Shown here piece by piece: positions 19,699 to 29,922 of a stretch of DNA of 64,000 nt; position 1 is the stretch's first letter, and every line of letters begins with the position of its first letter. Below the pieces are notes generated by a model. It did no database searches, was not told where the DNA came from, and saw nothing but the letters and a program-made list of their open reading frames with translations. Position numbers and translations under genes: made by a program. The stretch comes from Acidobacteriota bacterium. GTDB lineage: Bacteria; Acidobacteriota; UBA890; WLXD01. The stretch is from contig CBDBHB010000009.1 in the NCBI GenBank assembly GCA_965205505.1, positions 800,001 through 864,000 of the forward strand, in the 5' to 3' direction.

Positions 19699-21216
19699 AT
19701 GCGTCGTTCCGTGTCCCGAATCACCCTCGTGGTCGTGGCGATTGCAGCCGTCGCCTGCGCGCCGTCAATCGACCCACCAAGCGCCGTCAACGGCGTTCGC
19801 GAGATCGATCTCGACGTACTACGCGACAAGGTGCGCGGTGGTTGGGCTGGCCAGATGATCGGCGTCAGCTACGGGGCACCGACGGAGTTCCGCTACCTGG
19901 AGAGGCTCATTCCCGAGGCCGACCTGCCGGAGTGGATCCCGGAGATGGTGCGCGGTGCGCTCGATCAGGACGACCTATACGTGGAGATGACCTTCGCGCA
20001 GGTGCTCGACGAGGTCGGCCTCGACGCCACCGCCGACGACTTCGGCGCCATGTTCCGCAAGGCCGACTACCGGCTGTGGCACGCCAACGACATCGACTTC
20101 CAGATCGAAGCCGACTTCGTCGGCCTGATGACCCCCGGAATGCCGAACGCGGGAATCGACCTGTGCTGGCGCGCCGGCCAGGTGATGAACTACGGCGACG
20201 GCATCTACGGCGGCATGTTCGTTACCGGTATGTACTCCGCGGCGTTCTTCGAGACGGACGCGCGCGCCGTCGTCGAGGCCGGCCTGGCGACGTTGCCGGC
20301 CGGAAGCCCCTACGCCATGGTGATCTCCGACGTGTTGGCCTGGTCTCGGGAGCATCCCGGCGACTGGGAAGCCGTCTGGCAGCTGATCGAGGACAAGTGG
20401 AACGATCGCGAGCCCTGCCCGGCGGGCGCCATGCGCGCGTTCAATATCGACGCCAAGCTCAACGGCGCCTACATCGCGCTCGGGCTGCTGTACGGTGAAG
20501 GCGACCTCGATCGCACCCTCGATGTCTCCACCCGCGCCGGCCAGGACTCTGACTGCAACCCGTCGAACGCACTCGGGGTTCTCGGCGTCATGCTCGGGTA
20601 CGATGCGCTGCCGACGCGCTGGACCAGTGGCATCCCCGCCATCGCCGATGAGAAGTTCTCGTACACCGAGTTTTCCTTCAACGGCATCATCGACAGCACC
20701 ATTGAGCGCGCCATCGCCATGGCCGAGCGTCACGGCGGTGGCGTGGAGGAGGGCGTATTACGGGTGCCGATGCAAGAGGCTGAGGCCGCCGAGCTCGTCG
20801 TCTGGGACGACTACGGGAGCCCGGTTGAACGCGTCAACACCGACGACGCGCGGTTCAGCTTCAACGAGGCGTGGCAGCGCGATGTACGTCAGTCCTGGCG
20901 TGCTGGCGACCGCCCGTTTCGTGTGTCGGCCGAGCAGGGAGCCGAGATGACGGTGACCTTCGAGGGCACCGGCGCCATCCTCGTCGGCCCCTGGCTGCCG
21001 GACGGCGGCATGGCCGACGTATATCTCGACGACGAGCCGGTGCGCACCATCGACGTGTATTCCGACGAGGTTGACGCCAAGGGGTCCGAGACCGTCTGGC
21101 ACGCCTTCGGGCTCGAGGACGCCGGCCACACGGTGCGGCTCGTAGTGCGCGGCGAGCCTTACGGCGAGTCCGCCGGAGCCCAAGTGGTGATCGAGGACCT
21201 CGTGATCTTCCGATGA
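19699..21216 (+). CDS. ADP-ribosylglycohydrolase-family lipoprotein with C-terminal beta-sandwich domain
   Basis: Lipobox AAVAC; DKVRGGWAGQMIGV.YG.PTEF, QDDLYVEMTF, DIDFQIEAD, GQDSDCNPS. Confidence 0.82.
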   Translation: MRRSVSRITLVVVAIAAVACAPSIDPPSAVNGVREIDLDVLRDKVRGGWAGQMIGVSYGAPTEFRYLERLIPEADLPEWIPEMVRGALDQDDLYVEMTFAQVLDEVGLDATADDFGAMFRKADYRLWHANDIDFQIEADFVGLMTPGMPNAGIDLCWRAGQVMNYGDGIYGGMFVTGMYSAAFFETDARAVVEAGLATLPAGSPYAMVISDVLAWSREHPGDWEAVWQLIEDKWNDREPCPAGAMRAFNIDAKLNGAYIALGLLYGEGDLDRTLDVSTRAGQDSDCNPSNALGVLGVMLGYDALPTRWTSGIPAIADEKFSYTEFSFNGIIDSTIERAIAMAERHGGGVEEGVLRVPMQEAEAAELVVWDDYGSPVERVNTDDARFSFNEAWQRDVRQSWRAGDRPFRVSAEQGAEMTVTFEGTGAILVGPWLPDGGMADVYLDDEPVRTIDVYSDEVDAKGSETVWHAFGLEDAGHTVRLVVRGEPYGESAGAQVVIEDLVIFR

Positions 21217-21350
21217 AGCACCGCACCGTTCTGTCGACGACATGCCTGCTGGCGCTGCTGACCGTCTCGTCGACTAGCCGGTTGCGACGGACCATCCACG
21301 AGCATTCGATGATCGACACGGCAGACGTGAGTCCGGAGACTGAGGCATGA
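21213..21350 (+). pseudogene. 45-codon chimeric remnant (orphan signal peptide fused at CTAG to an unrelated tail)
   Basis: MKHRTVLSTTCLLALLTVSST then CTAG at 21274; ATGA overlaps with both neighbours. Confidence 0.45.
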
Positions 21351-21829
21351 GGTTTGGTCGTTGGATGCGAAATCGTCCTCGCGCGCTCGAGTGGTCGTAT
21401 CGGCTGATGCTGGCGCTCATGAAGCCGGCTCGCGGCCTGGCCTCGGGCGGCGAGCTGCGCTGGCTCGATCGGCTGCTGCGCCCGGTGGAGCGCCTGAGCA
21501 AGGGGCTGGTGTTCGACTGCCGCATGTGCGGTCAGTGCGTGCTGCACTCCACCGGCATGACCTGCCCGATGAGCTGCCCGAAGAACTTGCGCAACGGCCC
21601 CTGCGGCGGCGTGCGGCTCAACGGTAACTGCGAGGTACTGCCCGACGAGCCCTGCGTATGGGTCGAGGCCTGGGAGCGCTCGAAGAAGATGAGCCACTAC
21701 GGCCCCGCCATCCACGAGCTGCGCCCACCTCTGGACTGGGCCCGGCAGGGGAGCGCTGCTTGGGTCAACGAGATGAAGGGGATGGGCGAGCCCGAGCCTG
21801 AGGGCTGGTCGACCGGAGCAGATCAATGA
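21347..21829 (+). CDS. metV: Methylene-THF reductase accessory Cys-rich protein (MetV / MTHFR_C)
   Basis: FDCRMCGQC...CPMSCPKNLRNGPCGG...CE...CVW; upstream of metF. Confidence 0.85.
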   Translation: MRFGRWMRNRPRALEWSYRLMLALMKPARGLASGGELRWLDRLLRPVERLSKGLVFDCRMCGQCVLHSTGMTCPMSCPKNLRNGPCGGVRLNGNCEVLPDEPCVWVEAWERSKKMSHYGPAIHELRPPLDWARQGSAAWVNEMKGMGEPEPEGWSTGADQ

Positions 21830-21839
21830 GTACCGGACA

Positions 21840-22769
21840 ATGAGCCCCTCGAGGTTCGAAGAACGCCTTCGGTCTGGCAAGTTCTGCGTCACCGCCGAGC
21901 TGAGCCCGCGTGACAGCGCCGATCCCGAGGTCATCCTGGCGCCGGCCCGCACGCTCGCCGCGGTCGTCGACGCCATCAACGTGCCCGATTCCACCGGCGC
22001 CAATGTGCACATGTCGCCGCTGGCCTGCTCGATCATGCTGCACCATGCCGGTATGGAGCCGATCATGCAGCTGGGCTGCCGCGATCGGAACCGCATCGGC
22101 CTGCAGGGTGACCTGCTTGGAGCGGCGGCCAGCGGCATCCGTAACGTCTTCCTGATCACCGGTGATGACACCAGCGTCGGCAATCAGCCGGACGCCAAGC
22201 GCGTGTTCGACCTCGACTCGGCGCAGCTGCTGCACACCGCCGAGATGATGTGCGACCAGGGGCAGTTCCTGAACGCTACTCGGCTCGATCCGCCACCGAG
22301 CTTCTTCATCGGCGCCGCCGCCAACCCGTTCGTTCCTCCCTACGACTGGCGCCCGCACCGCCTCGGCAAGAAGGTCGAGGCCGGCGCGCGCTTCATTCAG
22401 ACGCAGTTCTGCTTCGACGTTCCGCGCTTCGTGAGCTTCATGGAGCGAGTGCGCGATCTCGGTCTGCACGAGCGCGCCTTCATTCTGATCGGGGTGGGGC
22501 CATTGCCCTCGGCGCGAGTGGCGGACGTCATCCGCACCCGGGTTCCCGGCGTGGTGATCCCGGATGCCATCGTCGACCGCATGGCCGGTGTGCCCGGAGC
22601 GGTTCAGGGAGAGGAGGGCATTAGGATCTGTCTGGAGATCATCGAACAGGTCCGACAGATCGAGGGGATTGCCGGGGTTCACCTGATGGCACACCGGCGC
22701 GAAGATCTGGTTGCCGAGGTTGTGCGTAGAGCCGGCTTGCACGATGAGCCGGTGCAGGACGCCGGCTGA
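21840..22769 (+). CDS. metF: Methylenetetrahydrofolate reductase
   Basis: VTAELSP, AINVPD, CRDRNRIGLQ, ITGDD, KKVEAGARFIQTQ, GVHLM. Confidence 0.9.
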   Translation: MSPSRFEERLRSGKFCVTAELSPRDSADPEVILAPARTLAAVVDAINVPDSTGANVHMSPLACSIMLHHAGMEPIMQLGCRDRNRIGLQGDLLGAAASGIRNVFLITGDDTSVGNQPDAKRVFDLDSAQLLHTAEMMCDQGQFLNATRLDPPPSFFIGAAANPFVPPYDWRPHRLGKKVEAGARFIQTQFCFDVPRFVSFMERVRDLGLHERAFILIGVGPLPSARVADVIRTRVPGVVIPDAIVDRMAGVPGAVQGEEGIRICLEIIEQVRQIEGIAGVHLMAHRREDLVAEVVRRAGLHDEPVQDAG

Positions 22770-22788
22770 CAACAAGAACGAGGAGCGT

Positions 22789-23700
22789 ATGGCCGCGAAG
22801 ATCGTCGTCGTCGGAAGCTTCAACACCGATCTGACCGCCTATGTGCAGCGCATGCCGCGGCCGGGTGAGACGGTTGCGGGCGATCGTTTCGTCACCGGTC
22901 CGGGCGGCAAGGGGTCGAACCAGGCCGTTGCGGCGGCGCGGCTGGGGGCCGAGGTCACCTTCGTGGGGCGGATCGGCGACGACGTGTTCGCCCCGGTGGG
23001 GCTCGATCTGTGGCGCGCCGAGGGCATCAACACCGACCATGTGGTGCAGGATCCGGATGTCGCCACCGGCGTGGCGCCGATCGTGGTTGACTCAACCGGC
23101 GAGAACAGCATCTGCGTGATCTTGGGGGCGAACCTACGGATCAGCCTGGACGATATCGATGCGGTGGCGGAGGCTATTGCCAGCGCCGATGTCCTGCTGA
23201 CGCAGCTGGAAACCAATCACGACGCCGTTGTCCGCGCGCTGCAGCTGGCGCGCAGCAGCGGCGTGCGGACGATCCTCAACCCGGCTCCGGCGAGCGTGTT
23301 GCCACCCGGGATGCTGGCACTCGCTGACTACCTAACCCCCAACGAGACCGAGCTGGAGGTCATCAGCGGTCTCCAAGGAGGCTCCCTCGACGACGCCATC
23401 GCTGCCGTTCGGATCGACGACCAGCAGGTGGTGGTGGTGACACTCGGCTCCAAGGGAGCGCGCTTCGTGCAGCGCGCCGATGAGGGGTTCGTCGGCGGGT
23501 TCGAGGTCGACGTGGTCGATACCACCGGCGCCGGCGATGCCTTCAACGCCGGGCTGGCCGTTGCCCTGGCCGAGGGCAACGCGCTGCCGGACTCGATTCG
23601 CTTCGCCAACGCCGCGGCGGCGCTCAGCGTCACCAAGCCGGGGACCGCAGCGTCGATGCCGAGGCGCCGAGAGGTAGAGTCGTTGCTGGAGACTGCGTAG
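22789..23700 (+). CDS. rbsK: Ribokinase
   Basis: VVGSFNTDL, GGKGSNQAVAAARLG, TPNETE, DTTGAGDAF. Confidence 0.92.
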   Translation: MAAKIVVVGSFNTDLTAYVQRMPRPGETVAGDRFVTGPGGKGSNQAVAAARLGAEVTFVGRIGDDVFAPVGLDLWRAEGINTDHVVQDPDVATGVAPIVVDSTGENSICVILGANLRISLDDIDAVAEAIASADVLLTQLETNHDAVVRALQLARSSGVRTILNPAPASVLPPGMLALADYLTPNETELEVISGLQGGSLDDAIAAVRIDDQQVVVVTLGSKGARFVQRADEGFVGGFEVDVVDTTGAGDAFNAGLAVALAEGNALPDSIRFANAAAALSVTKPGTAASMPRRREVESLLETA

Positions 23701-23708
23701 CGGCGGCC

Positions 23709-24244
23709 ATGGCCGACTCGCGGAACATCCTCGTCGTGTGCTATGGCAACCTCTGTCGCAGCCCCATGGCGGAGGGGCTGTTGCGCGATCGGTTGCCCCT
23801 CGAGTACGAGGTTCGTTCGGCCGGCACGCACGCTTACGGTGGCGACCCGCCTATGGGCACCGCGCGCGAGGTCATGCAGCGCGAAGCGGGCATCAGCGCT
23901 CGCGTAGGCTCGACGTGGAGATCATCGAGTGGGCCGGCCACATTTTCACGATGTCGGCGCAGCAGGCTCAGCTCGTTGCGGCGCTCGATACTCGCGCCAG
24001 CGATCGGACGCGTCTGTTCGGGGCGTTCGCCCCGGACACGAGCTGCAGTGGAATGAGCGCTGATCCGGGTGGTGGCGCAGCGAGCTTGCTCGAAGTAACT
24101 GATCCGATGGGCGGTAGCTACGGCGAGTACCTCACGTGCATGCGGCGGTTGGAAGAGGCGACGGAGCGTTGTGTGGCGTGGCTGGTGGCGGGCGCCGATC
24201 CAGCAGCCGGACCGCCCTTGGCCCGCTCGAGAGCGGGCGAGTAG
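23709..24244 (+). pseudogene. Low-molecular-weight protein tyrosine phosphatase, frameshifted
   Basis: VCYGNLCRSPMAE P-loop in one frame; HQRSRRL...IFTM...VTDPMGG in another; switch at about 23890. Confidence 0.82.
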
Positions 24245-24280
24245 ATGTCGGTCGGCTGGCGCTTCCTCTTCCTGCGTGAG

Positions 24281-25528
24281 TCAGAGATCGCCAGCATTCC
24301 CGACCGCTTCACCGCCAGCGGCTACTTCCGCGGATCGCTGCAGCCTTCCGTGGATTGGCCGCGCCCGGAGGCCTCCGCTTCGTTCTGGACCGACTCGCCT
24401 TGCCGAGGCTGCACGCCCACCGACTAGCGCCCGGATCCCGTGTACCAACAGCCGTGGGCGTCGTCGGAGCAGGTGCCAGAGCAGCCGCACAGTGTCGTCG
24501 CGGCTGTAGCGCGCCAGCGAGCCGCGTGCCGTAGCGTCGAGCTCTTCCAGCAGCACCCGGTAGTCGGTCTCGTCGAAGCAACTGAGCACCGTGCGAATGA
24601 GGCGATGCAATCCGAGCTCGACACGTAACCCGGGCAACGCACGCCGGCTGCCTCCGAGGATCGCGTCGGCCACGCCCTGCGCCCCCCACAGGCCGTTGAC
24701 CACGCCGCCGACGGTCGTCACCTTCGCCTGTCCAGCCGCATCGCCAACCAGGTAGACGTAACCGGGGCCGAATCGGCGCCGCGGTGGGATCCAGCGCCGG
24801 TACTCCGGGATCCGCGCCCCCTGATATCCCAATACCTCGAGCTCCTGGCGGCCGGCGAAGCGGTCGAGCGCGGCGCGGGAGTTGATCCTCTCGGTACCAA
24901 TGATCCCCAACGCTCCGAGGCTCTCTGACTCCGGTATCAGCCAGTAGAAATACGGCGTGTCGGCAGGTACGAAGCAGACGCGCGCCGTTTGCGGCGACAG
25001 CTCACGGGGCCATCGCACGATCGCCTGCACCAGCGGTACCAGCGGCTGCCGGGGCCACCCGGCTTCGCGCGCGACCGTGCTGACCGCGCCATCGGCACCG
25101 ATCACCGAGCCCACGCAGACATTGACTTCGCCGTTGTTGCGGAACCTCAGATCCAACCCGCGATCGGTGGCCACAATGCGCTCGAGCCGATGACCGAAGA
25201 CAATTTGGGCCCCGGCATCGGAGGCGGCACGGGCCAGCTCCCGCACCAGAACAGCGCGCTCGATGATCAGGTCCGGGCGGTCGATGGGGACCTCGAGCAC
25301 CTGACCACCGGCGTGCAGCTCGAAGCGGTCGACCTCGTTGCGCACCGCGGGCTCGACTCGGTCACCGAGCAGGTCGCGGATCGCTCCGGTGACGATCAAG
25401 CAGCGCGGTACCGGATCGAACCGGGGACTGGACTCGTACACGCGCACGTCGCGCCCGCCGCGTGCGAGCAACCAGGCGGCGTGCAGGCCTGCAACCGAGG
25501 CACCGATGACACCAATCGAGTCAGACAC
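24281..25528 (-). CDS. FAD-dependent oxidoreductase (geranylgeranyl reductase-like)
   Basis: VIGASVAGLHAA, IGADG, YWLIP, LVGDAAGQAKVTTVGGV. Confidence 0.8.
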   Translation of the reverse strand: MSDSIGVIGASVAGLHAAWLLARGGRDVRVYESSPRFDPVPRCLIVTGAIRDLLGDRVEPAVRNEVDRFELHAGGQVLEVPIDRPDLIIERAVLVRELARAASDAGAQIVFGHRLERIVATDRGLDLRFRNNGEVNVCVGSVIGADGAVSTVAREAGWPRQPLVPLVQAIVRWPRELSPQTARVCFVPADTPYFYWLIPESESLGALGIIGTERINSRAALDRFAGRQELEVLGYQGARIPEYRRWIPPRRRFGPGYVYLVGDAAGQAKVTTVGGVVNGLWGAQGVADAILGGSRRALPGLRVELGLHRLIRTVLSCFDETDYRVLLEELDATARGSLARYSRDDTVRLLWHLLRRRPRLLVHGIRALVGGRAASARRVGPERSGGLRARPIHGRLQRSAEVAAGGEAVGNAGDL

Positions 25529-25664
25529 GTTCGATCGCAGCGGCAAAGACGGGTACGACGGGACAAAAGCGTGGGCCCGAGCCAGAGCCGGGCCATTATA
25601 TCCAGCGGCCCGTGTCCACGCCCCCGCGGAGGCGGCGCCGGCGGCCGCAGATGGAGGCAGGATC

Positions 25665-26876
25665 TCAGCCGCGCCAGTCGCCCTGGGCCACCGGGCCCGG
25701 GTTGTCGTTCCGGAACGAGCTGAACACCAGCCCCCGTACCGGGTCGCGGCGCACCAGATCGGCCTCCCCGTGCGATGAGCGATCGTCCCACTGCCGGGCG
25801 ACGAACAGCTCGACCGCCGCGTCGGCGAGCTGCGGCCGGTAGTCGCGTTCCAGTTGCTCGTGCAACCCTGCCATGCCGGAGCCGTCGAGGTAGCTCTGCA
25901 GGTATCCCGTACCCCGGTGCATAGGCCACAGGTCGTGCCACATCGACGGGCAGCGCGACGAGCTCTGGTTGATGATCAGCTGATCGATGAGGCCTTCGGA
26001 CACCCATGTGCGCCACTGTAGCGTCGCGTTGCCGAGCGGCGGCCCGATGACATCGCCGCGAGGTGCGCCCACAGCCAGCCGCAGCCCGCGGTGGGTGAGC
26101 GCTTCGCGCAGCTGGCGCAACAGCATGGTGAAGTAGTCGCCGCACAGATCGCGCCAGGCCTGCAGGCCCGGATCCGTGCTCAACGTTTCGCGGTCGGTAG
26201 GGATAACCGGGAGGCTCTCGAGCGGGTGCCCACACCGGGCACTGTAGTCGCGCCGTATGGGCTCGTTGAAGCCATACTGATCGCCAAACGCCGCCGACCG
26301 CGATTGCGAGCGCAGGCACACGAACATGCGGTCGAAGTCGCCGTGTCCGAGCAATTCCACGAAGCGTTCCACCAGATGCTCGCGCACCTCGGGATAGGCC
26401 AGGCACAGCACCCCGAGCTGCGGGTTGCCGTCGCGGTCGATGACGAGCAGGTGCGGACGGTCGCGTGCGAAGCTCGTTTGCCAGGCGACGTGCTGGCAAT
26501 GCATCGCATTGTGGTAGCTGCGCTGGCGCTCGGCGGCCGTGGCCAGCGGCCAGCCGTCGTCGAAGACCGACGCATACAGGTAGGCATGTAGCCCGGCCGC
26601 GTGCGCCAACCGCGGAGCCGTTTCCAGATCATCCCAGTCGACCCCGTGAGCAGCTCGGAGGGTCGGATGCTGGTAGCCGGGGGCGGCGAAGAACTCCGAC
26701 GCAAGATGGGTTCGCAGCAGTCGCCAGTGGATCGTGCCAGCGCCGAGTTGGTCGCGCCAGGCATCGAGCCGGCGCGCCAGGGCATCGGGCGTCAGCAGGC
26801 CCCCGTCGCCCTCGCCGAAGCTCAGATGGTCAGGCCAGGAGACGCTGGCGATGTTGCCCCCGACACTTCCACTCAA
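25665..26876 (-). CDS. Hypothetical protein, possibly glycoside hydrolase-like TIM barrel
   Basis: Co-oriented, 3-bp gap after the sugar transferase; LAHAAGL, LCLAYPEVREH..ELL...FD pattern reminiscent of GHL10-like barrels. Confidence 0.55.
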   Translation of the reverse strand: MSGSVGGNIASVSWPDHLSFGEGDGGLLTPDALARRLDAWRDQLGAGTIHWRLLRTHLASEFFAAPGYQHPTLRAAHGVDWDDLETAPRLAHAAGLHAYLYASVFDDGWPLATAAERQRSYHNAMHCQHVAWQTSFARDRPHLLVIDRDGNPQLGVLCLAYPEVREHLVERFVELLGHGDFDRMFVCLRSQSRSAAFGDQYGFNEPIRRDYSARCGHPLESLPVIPTDRETLSTDPGLQAWRDLCGDYFTMLLRQLREALTHRGLRLAVGAPRGDVIGPPLGNATLQWRTWVSEGLIDQLIINQSSSRCPSMWHDLWPMHRGTGYLQSYLDGSGMAGLHEQLERDYRPQLADAAVELFVARQWDDRSSHGEADLVRRDPVRGLVFSSFRNDNPGPVAQGDWRG

Positions 26877-26879
26877 TCC

Positions 26880-28415
26880 TCACCGGCCCTCGAGACCCAC
26901 GCTGTGCAGAACCGTCTTGAGGATGATGACGATGTCCAGCGGGATGGACTGATGCTTGATGTAGTACAGGTCGTACTGCAGCTTGCGCAGGGCGTCGGCC
27001 ACGGAGGAGCCGTAGCCGCAGTTCACCAGCGCCCAGCCCGCCATTCCCGGCTTGACCGCGTGCCGAACTGCGTAGAAGGGAATGTCGGCCGCCAGCTGCT
27101 CGAGGAACTCCGGCCGTTCGGGGCGCGGCCCGACGGCGCTCATCTCGCCGCGCAAGATGTTGACGAACTGCGGGAACTCGTCCACGTGCGTGGCGCGCAG
27201 GGCCTTGCCCACCCTGGTGACCCGCGGGTCGCCGGCCCGCGACCAAACCGCGTCGCCCTCCTCGGCATCGCGCCGCATCGAGCGAAACGTGAAGACCCGG
27301 AACACGCGGCCTCCCTTGCCGATTCGGGCCTGCGTGTAGAAGATCGGGCCGGGCGACTCGAGCTGGATCGCCAGCGCGATAAGCGGCACGAACGGCGCCA
27401 GCAGCAGTACACCGAAGCTGGCCATGAGAATGTCGAACCCACGCTTGAGCATCGGTTGCAGGGTGCCCGTGCCAGGGTGTTCGAGCGGCATCGCTAGATG
27501 CCAGTCGCCGCCAACGTGCTCCACCGGAACCCGGCCGGTCAAGCGCTCGTACAGACTGCTCATCGGCACGATCTCCACGCCAAGCTCCAGGCAGTCCGTA
27601 AGGATCCGGAACAGCTCGGGATCTAGCTCATCGGTAACCGCCAAGACCAGAGTCCGAATCCCGTGTCGCCGGACCAACGACTTGAGATCGTTCCGTGTAC
27701 CGAGCACGCGAGAGGCCTGCGCATCGATCGGGGCCACGTGCGCCCCGCCGAGCCCGGTGACCGGGGTCGGCACCCGTCGGCCCAGCATCTCCGGATCGTC
27801 GTCGACGAAGCCCACGATGCGATGGGTCCCGTCGTCGCTCTCGAGCAGTACCTGGGCGATTGTCTGCCCTGCCCACCCAGCACCGACGATCAACGCCGGG
27901 CGCCGGAAGACAGCCCGACCGAGCGTCAGAACGTACAAGCCGCGCGCTGCCAACAGCAGGCCGAGGGTGGTGCCGAACAGGATCAGCCAGTAGCGGCGCG
28001 ACGGGGGCAGCGTCGGGGTCAGATACGGAATTGCCACGTACAGCAGCAGCACCACCACGACGCTCTTGAGCGCTGCGGCGGCCGACCGCAGATACCGTCT
28101 GGCGATCTGCAACCGGTACGCATCGAAGGCCTGTGCAACGATCAGCCAGAGCGCCGTCGGAACCAGGAACCACAGCGGTCGTAACCACAACAGGGCGCCG
28201 AACGGTGCACTAGCCGAAAGCCCGAGTCCTGCTATGTCGCGCGTTTGCAGGTATAGAAGCAACGCTGTGTTCAGCGCGATCAGATCCACCGCCACCAGGA
28301 GCAGCCGCCGCTCGGTACGATGCAGGCCGAATTTTGACACGCGCGGTGCAGGCGCGGGATGTGTGGATCCGGTCCGGTCGTGGGTCACATCGTCAGCAAT
28401 GCGCTCGGTAGGCAT
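26880..28415 (-). CDS. Priming undecaprenyl-phosphate glycosyl-1-P transferase (WcaJ-like)
   Basis: N-terminal TM helices, IVGAG/GFVDDD domain, KRGFDI, FRSM, DEFPQ, GEMSAVGPRPE, YDLYY. Confidence 0.92.
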   Translation of the reverse strand: MPTERIADDVTHDRTGSTHPAPAPRVSKFGLHRTERRLLLVAVDLIALNTALLLYLQTRDIAGLGLSASAPFGALLWLRPLWFLVPTALWLIVAQAFDAYRLQIARRYLRSAAAALKSVVVVLLLYVAIPYLTPTLPPSRRYWLILFGTTLGLLLAARGLYVLTLGRAVFRRPALIVGAGWAGQTIAQVLLESDDGTHRIVGFVDDDPEMLGRRVPTPVTGLGGAHVAPIDAQASRVLGTRNDLKSLVRRHGIRTLVLAVTDELDPELFRILTDCLELGVEIVPMSSLYERLTGRVPVEHVGGDWHLAMPLEHPGTGTLQPMLKRGFDILMASFGVLLLAPFVPLIALAIQLESPGPIFYTQARIGKGGRVFRVFTFRSMRRDAEEGDAVWSRAGDPRVTRVGKALRATHVDEFPQFVNILRGEMSAVGPRPERPEFLEQLAADIPFYAVRHAVKPGMAGWALVNCGYGSSVADALRKLQYDLYYIKHQSIPLDIVIILKTVLHSVGLEGR

Positions 28416-28418
28416 CGC

Positions 28419-29384
28419 TCAGAGGTCGCTGGAGTCAGGCGGCTCGTTGGCCGGGGCGGAAGATGCCGTCGGGGTGTCCTCGGGTCGGAACCGCTGCGCC
28501 CCCTTGCGGGTGCCGGCGCGGCGCTTCCCTGCCAGTAGCAAGGCCGAAGACAAGCCTAATCGCGCCCCCAGCATCAGGAGCACGAACCAGGAATACAGGT
28601 GGAACACACGACTCGTATTGTAACGCCGGAAAATCAGCCACAGGGAACGGTGGAAGTAGTAGATCGACCGCACGACACGGATGTTGGTGCCGCCCTGCCC
28701 GCCGTGATGGACAATCCGTGCCTGCGGGTCGTACACTAGCTCCCAGCCGGCGTTGCCGACGCGATAGCACAGATCGAGATCCTCGCCGTACTGGTGCAGG
28801 CTCTCGTCCAGGCCACCGTGCTGCTCGAGAACAGTGCGCCGGAACATCATGCAGCATCCCGACAGGGCACGAACCGGCTGGACCTCATTGTGGTCGGTGT
28901 ATCGCATCAAGTACTCGGCTACCGTGCGATGGTGTGGAAACATCCGGTCGAGGCGCAGCGAATAAGTCAGGCCTGTCAGCGGCGTGAGACGACCGCGCCG
29001 ACATTGAGGCTGGAAGCTGCCGTCGGTATTGAGCACCATCGTCCCGACGGCTCCGGCCTCCGGGTGCGCATCCAGATAGCCGACCAGCTCATCGAGAGCA
29101 CCCGGCAGGACATTCGTGTCGCTGTTGAGAAACAGCATGTGCTCACCGGCCGATTGCTCCCAGGCAACGTTGTTGGCGCCGGCGAATCCGAGGTTGACGG
29201 CGTTGCGAATGACGCGGGCGGAGGGGAAGATTTCCGCCACCGCGGACCCGTATGGGTGCGAAGAGGCATCGTCGACGATTATCACCTCGTACTCGCACCC
29301 TGGGGGGTTGGCGGCGATCGACTCGAGGCACTCGAGCAGGGGCTCGAGCGCGTTGTAGTAGGTCAGACAGATCGACAGCTTCAT
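28419..29384 (-). CDS. Glycosyltransferase family 2
   Basis: IIVDDAS, NLGFAGANN, FLNSD, SGCCMM, YGEDLDLC. Confidence 0.92.
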   Translation of the reverse strand: MKLSICLTYYNALEPLLECLESIAANPPGCEYEVIIVDDASSHPYGSAVAEIFPSARVIRNAVNLGFAGANNVAWEQSAGEHMLFLNSDTNVLPGALDELVGYLDAHPEAGAVGTMVLNTDGSFQPQCRRGRLTPLTGLTYSLRLDRMFPHHRTVAEYLMRYTDHNEVQPVRALSGCCMMFRRTVLEQHGGLDESLHQYGEDLDLCYRVGNAGWELVYDPQARIVHHGGQGGTNIRVVRSIYYFHRSLWLIFRRYNTSRVFHLYSWFVLLMLGARLGLSSALLLAGKRRAGTRKGAQRFRPEDTPTASSAPANEPPDSSDL

Positions 29385-29387
29385 CGC

Positions 29388-29910
29388 TCAGAGCACCGCC
29401 TGGTGCGGGTCCGGCTCATCCGCCCCGGGTCGAAGTCGACCGATGTCGCGCTCCGCCGGATAGATGAAATCATCGCCCTCGAGGATCCCGGCACAGATGA
29501 CGTCGAGGCCCAGGTGGTGCCCTGGTCGCAGCTCCTCGAGGTCGTCGATCTTCAGATCGAAGGCAAGCGAGCGATTCGATCCCTGATGCACGAACTGCAA
29601 CGGGATCATGCGGCGAAAGAAGTAGTGAAATGCATACTTGCGCGCCCTGCTGATTTGCTCCGCCGGCATCCGCTCCCCCAACGGCAACCGCTCGAGGATT
29701 CGCCGATACTGTTCCGGCGAGCCGGCATCGAGACTGAATCCCTTGCCCCGAATCCAGGCCTCGCCGGCTACCACCGTGGGGATGCCAGTGGCGGTGAGCT
29801 CGATTCCCATCTTGGTGGCGTAGATAAGCGCCGCGTCGCAGTTCGCGAGCACGACGTAGCTACTGATCGTGCTGGCAGCCGGTATCACCACCACGTTGGC
29901 TGGCAGACCT
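29388..29910 (-). pseudogene. C-terminal fragment of a capsule polysaccharide biosynthesis protein
   Basis: GLPANVVVIP...YATKMGIELTATGIPTVVAGEAWIRGKGF...ARKYAFHYFFRRMIP; in-frame stop immediately upstream, N-terminus absent. Confidence 0.7.
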
Positions 29911-29922
29911 CATGTGGACGCC

